Made by a program: the position numbers and the translations under genes. The notes below the pieces were generated by a model. That model saw only the letters and a list, made by a program, of their open reading frames with translations, was not told the origin of the DNA and made no database searches. A stretch of 33,388 nt of DNA, from IMG/VR virus record IMGVR_UViG_3300045988_068851. The stretch is one strand, 5' to 3'. The stretch is from a virus. Shown in pieces: positions 32,040 to 33,388 of the stretch (position 1 is its first letter; the number at the start of each line of letters is the position of its first letter).

Positions 32040-33209
32040 ATGCTATGTAAAAAATGCCGTAAGGAAATTTCCGAAGGTTCACTTTATTGTAACTTCTGCG
32101 GTAAAAAGCAGGAGACCACAAAACGAAAAGTCCGCCGCAGACCACGAGGTGCAGGCTGTATAAGGCATAGAACTGACTGCCGTGATAATCCGTATATTGC
32201 CTATACTCCTGCCACAATAGGGGGAGCAGGGGAGAGATACTTAGGTGCTTTTGCAACTTACACACAGGCTCAGGCTGCTCTTGACAAGTACTTCAACAGC
32301 ATTCATATACCTTATGGCAGTTTGACTGTCGCGCAGGTCTATGAAAAATGGAGTGCAAAGCATTTTGAAAGCCTCACAAGCAGCGGTGAGCAGGGTTATA
32401 AGACGGCTTGGAGATACCTTGACAGCATTGCAGGCAGACGAATAGCAGAGCTTAAAACAGCCGATTATCAGCGCTGTGTGGACGATTGTGCAAAGCAGTT
32501 CAGCCGCTCCCAGTGTGCAAAAATAAAACAGCTATGCTCGCAGCTGTGTAAATATGCCGCTCAGAATGACATAATCGACAAGAACTATGCAAGCTTTATC
32601 GTTCTGCCAAAAGAGGCAAAAAAAGAGCGCCGCATCTTCACCAGTGAAGAGCGTGAAAAGCTGTGGGAACATTCAGATGACAAGTCCGTTCAGATCATAC
32701 TTTTTATGATCTACACAGGATTTCGTATCGGCGAGGTGTTTACCATACTCAAAGAGAACGTACACCTTGATGAGAGATACATTATCGGCGGCATCAAGAC
32801 CGAAGCAGGCAAAGACAGGATAGTTCCTTTACCGCCGCAGATACCTGAGATAAAGAGCTTTGTTGAGAGCTGGTACAACGAGAGCCGCACACAGCTTTTG
32901 CTCAGCGGTGACGTCAATAATTTTCGCAAGAGAAATTTTTATCCTGCTCTTGCCGAGTGCGGCATAATTCCGCCGCCGACTGTTACCAAACTAAAAAACG
33001 GCAGGACAGCCGAGAGGTACGAAACAGAGATAACGCCACACTGCTGCCGTCACACATTTGCGACCATATCGGCCGACTGCGGTATGCAGCCCGAAAAATT
33101 GCAGAAGATCATTGGCCACGCCAAGTATGAAACTACTGCTGACATATACAACCATTCGGGACAGGACAGAGCAGCGTTAGTGCAGGAAATGTCAAAGCTA
33201 AAAAAATAG
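32040..33209 (+). CDS. int: tyrosine integrase with an N-terminal zinc-ribbon
   Basis: ATG 32040 after AGGAGG. N-terminus CKKCRKEISEGSLYCNFCG. C-terminal catalytic region FRIGE...HCCRHTFAT...IIGHAKYETTADIYNH (R..HxxR..H..Y). Confidence 0.9.
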   Translation: MLCKKCRKEISEGSLYCNFCGKKQETTKRKVRRRPRGAGCIRHRTDCRDNPYIAYTPATIGGAGERYLGAFATYTQAQAALDKYFNSIHIPYGSLTVAQVYEKWSAKHFESLTSSGEQGYKTAWRYLDSIAGRRIAELKTADYQRCVDDCAKQFSRSQCAKIKQLCSQLCKYAAQNDIIDKNYASFIVLPKEAKKERRIFTSEEREKLWEHSDDKSVQIILFMIYTGFRIGEVFTILKENVHLDERYIIGGIKTEAGKDRIVPLPPQIPEIKSFVESWYNESRTQLLLSGDVNNFRKRNFYPALAECGIIPPPTVTKLKNGRTAERYETEITPHCCRHTFATISADCGMQPEKLQKIIGHAKYETTADIYNHSGQDRAALVQEMSKLKK

Positions 33210-33228
33210 CATTTGACCTATTTTTTAA

Positions 33229-33251
33229 TTGTACGTTACGTTGTACGTTAA
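33229..33251 (+). repeat. putative integrase arm-type sites (TTGTACGTTA x2)
   Basis: ATTGTACGTTA at 33229-33239 and GTTGTACGTTA at 33241-33251. Same core and orientation as 87-108. Confidence 0.6.
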
Positions 33252-33290
33252 GTCAAAAATTCACGCCACATCACAAAACATCAGACAAAA

Positions 33291-33339
33291 AAAGAAAAGC
33301 CTTTAAACCACGCATTTTACGCAGTTTAAAGGCTTTTTT
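33291..33339. terminator. bidirectional intrinsic terminator (serves the integrase on + and the reconstituted tRNA-Thr on -)
   Basis: Perfect 10-bp stem gcctttaaac/gtttaaaggc (33299-33308 / 33324-33333), flanked by an A-rich run upstream and TTTTTT downstream. It abuts the tRNA 3' end. Confidence 0.75.

Positions 33340-33388
<49 letters not shown>

Larger units (their letters stand above)
50..33339. mobile_element. integrated temperate siphovirus-like prophage, apparently complete (lysogeny, replication, packaging, head, tail, lysis modules)
   Basis: Flanked by the 49-bp att repeats. The integrase lies next to one end and the endolysin next to the other. Modular gene order and tightly coupled genes throughout. 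Confidence 0.9.

Overview
The window is one complete temperate siphovirus-type prophage of about 33.3 kb. It is bounded by a perfect 49-bp direct repeat (1-49 = 33340-33388). The repeat is the 3' part (anticodon stem to CCA) of a minus-strand tRNA-Thr(GGU), so the window runs from att site to att site.

The + strand at the right end carries the lysogeny cassette: XRE/cI-like repressor, mini ImmA-type HExxH peptidase, a membrane-anchored DEDDh exonuclease with a BRCT domain, and a tyrosine integrase.

Everything else is on the - strand, in classical temporal order from right to left:
- Cro-like gene and small early genes.
- Recombination and replication module: SMC/SbcC-like ATPase, Sak4-like ATPase, DUF669, SF2 helicase, primase-helicase, RusA.
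- DUF4317 gene and a sigma-r4/ArpU-like late regulator.
- A 522-bp non-coding stretch.
- Packaging and head: HNH, portal, gp7-like head protein fused to an HExxH peptidase, two small genes, TerL, scaffold, major capsid.
- Connectors, then tail: major tail protein, G/GT chaperones with a -1 frameshift, tape measure, Dit, Tal, fibre.
- Lysis: XkdX-like protein, holin, XhlA-like protein, GH25-LysM endolysin.

I saw no rRNA, CRISPR array or transposase.

The features most worth follow-up are:
- The TM-exonuclease-TerB-like-BRCT gene in the lysogeny cassette, a candidate single-gene exclusion or defence function.
- The 522-bp non-coding region with a 160-bp-spaced 16-nt repeat (cos site or large structured RNA).
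- The lethal-factor-like metallopeptidase fused to the head-morphogenesis protein, with a translationally coupled 70-aa gene.
- A face-to-face pair of perfect consensus promoters with three operators.
- An iteron cluster next to the primase gene.
- A WKAGAF C-terminal tail shared by two recombination proteins.

All functional calls come from reading the translations and motifs by eye. No database search was run.
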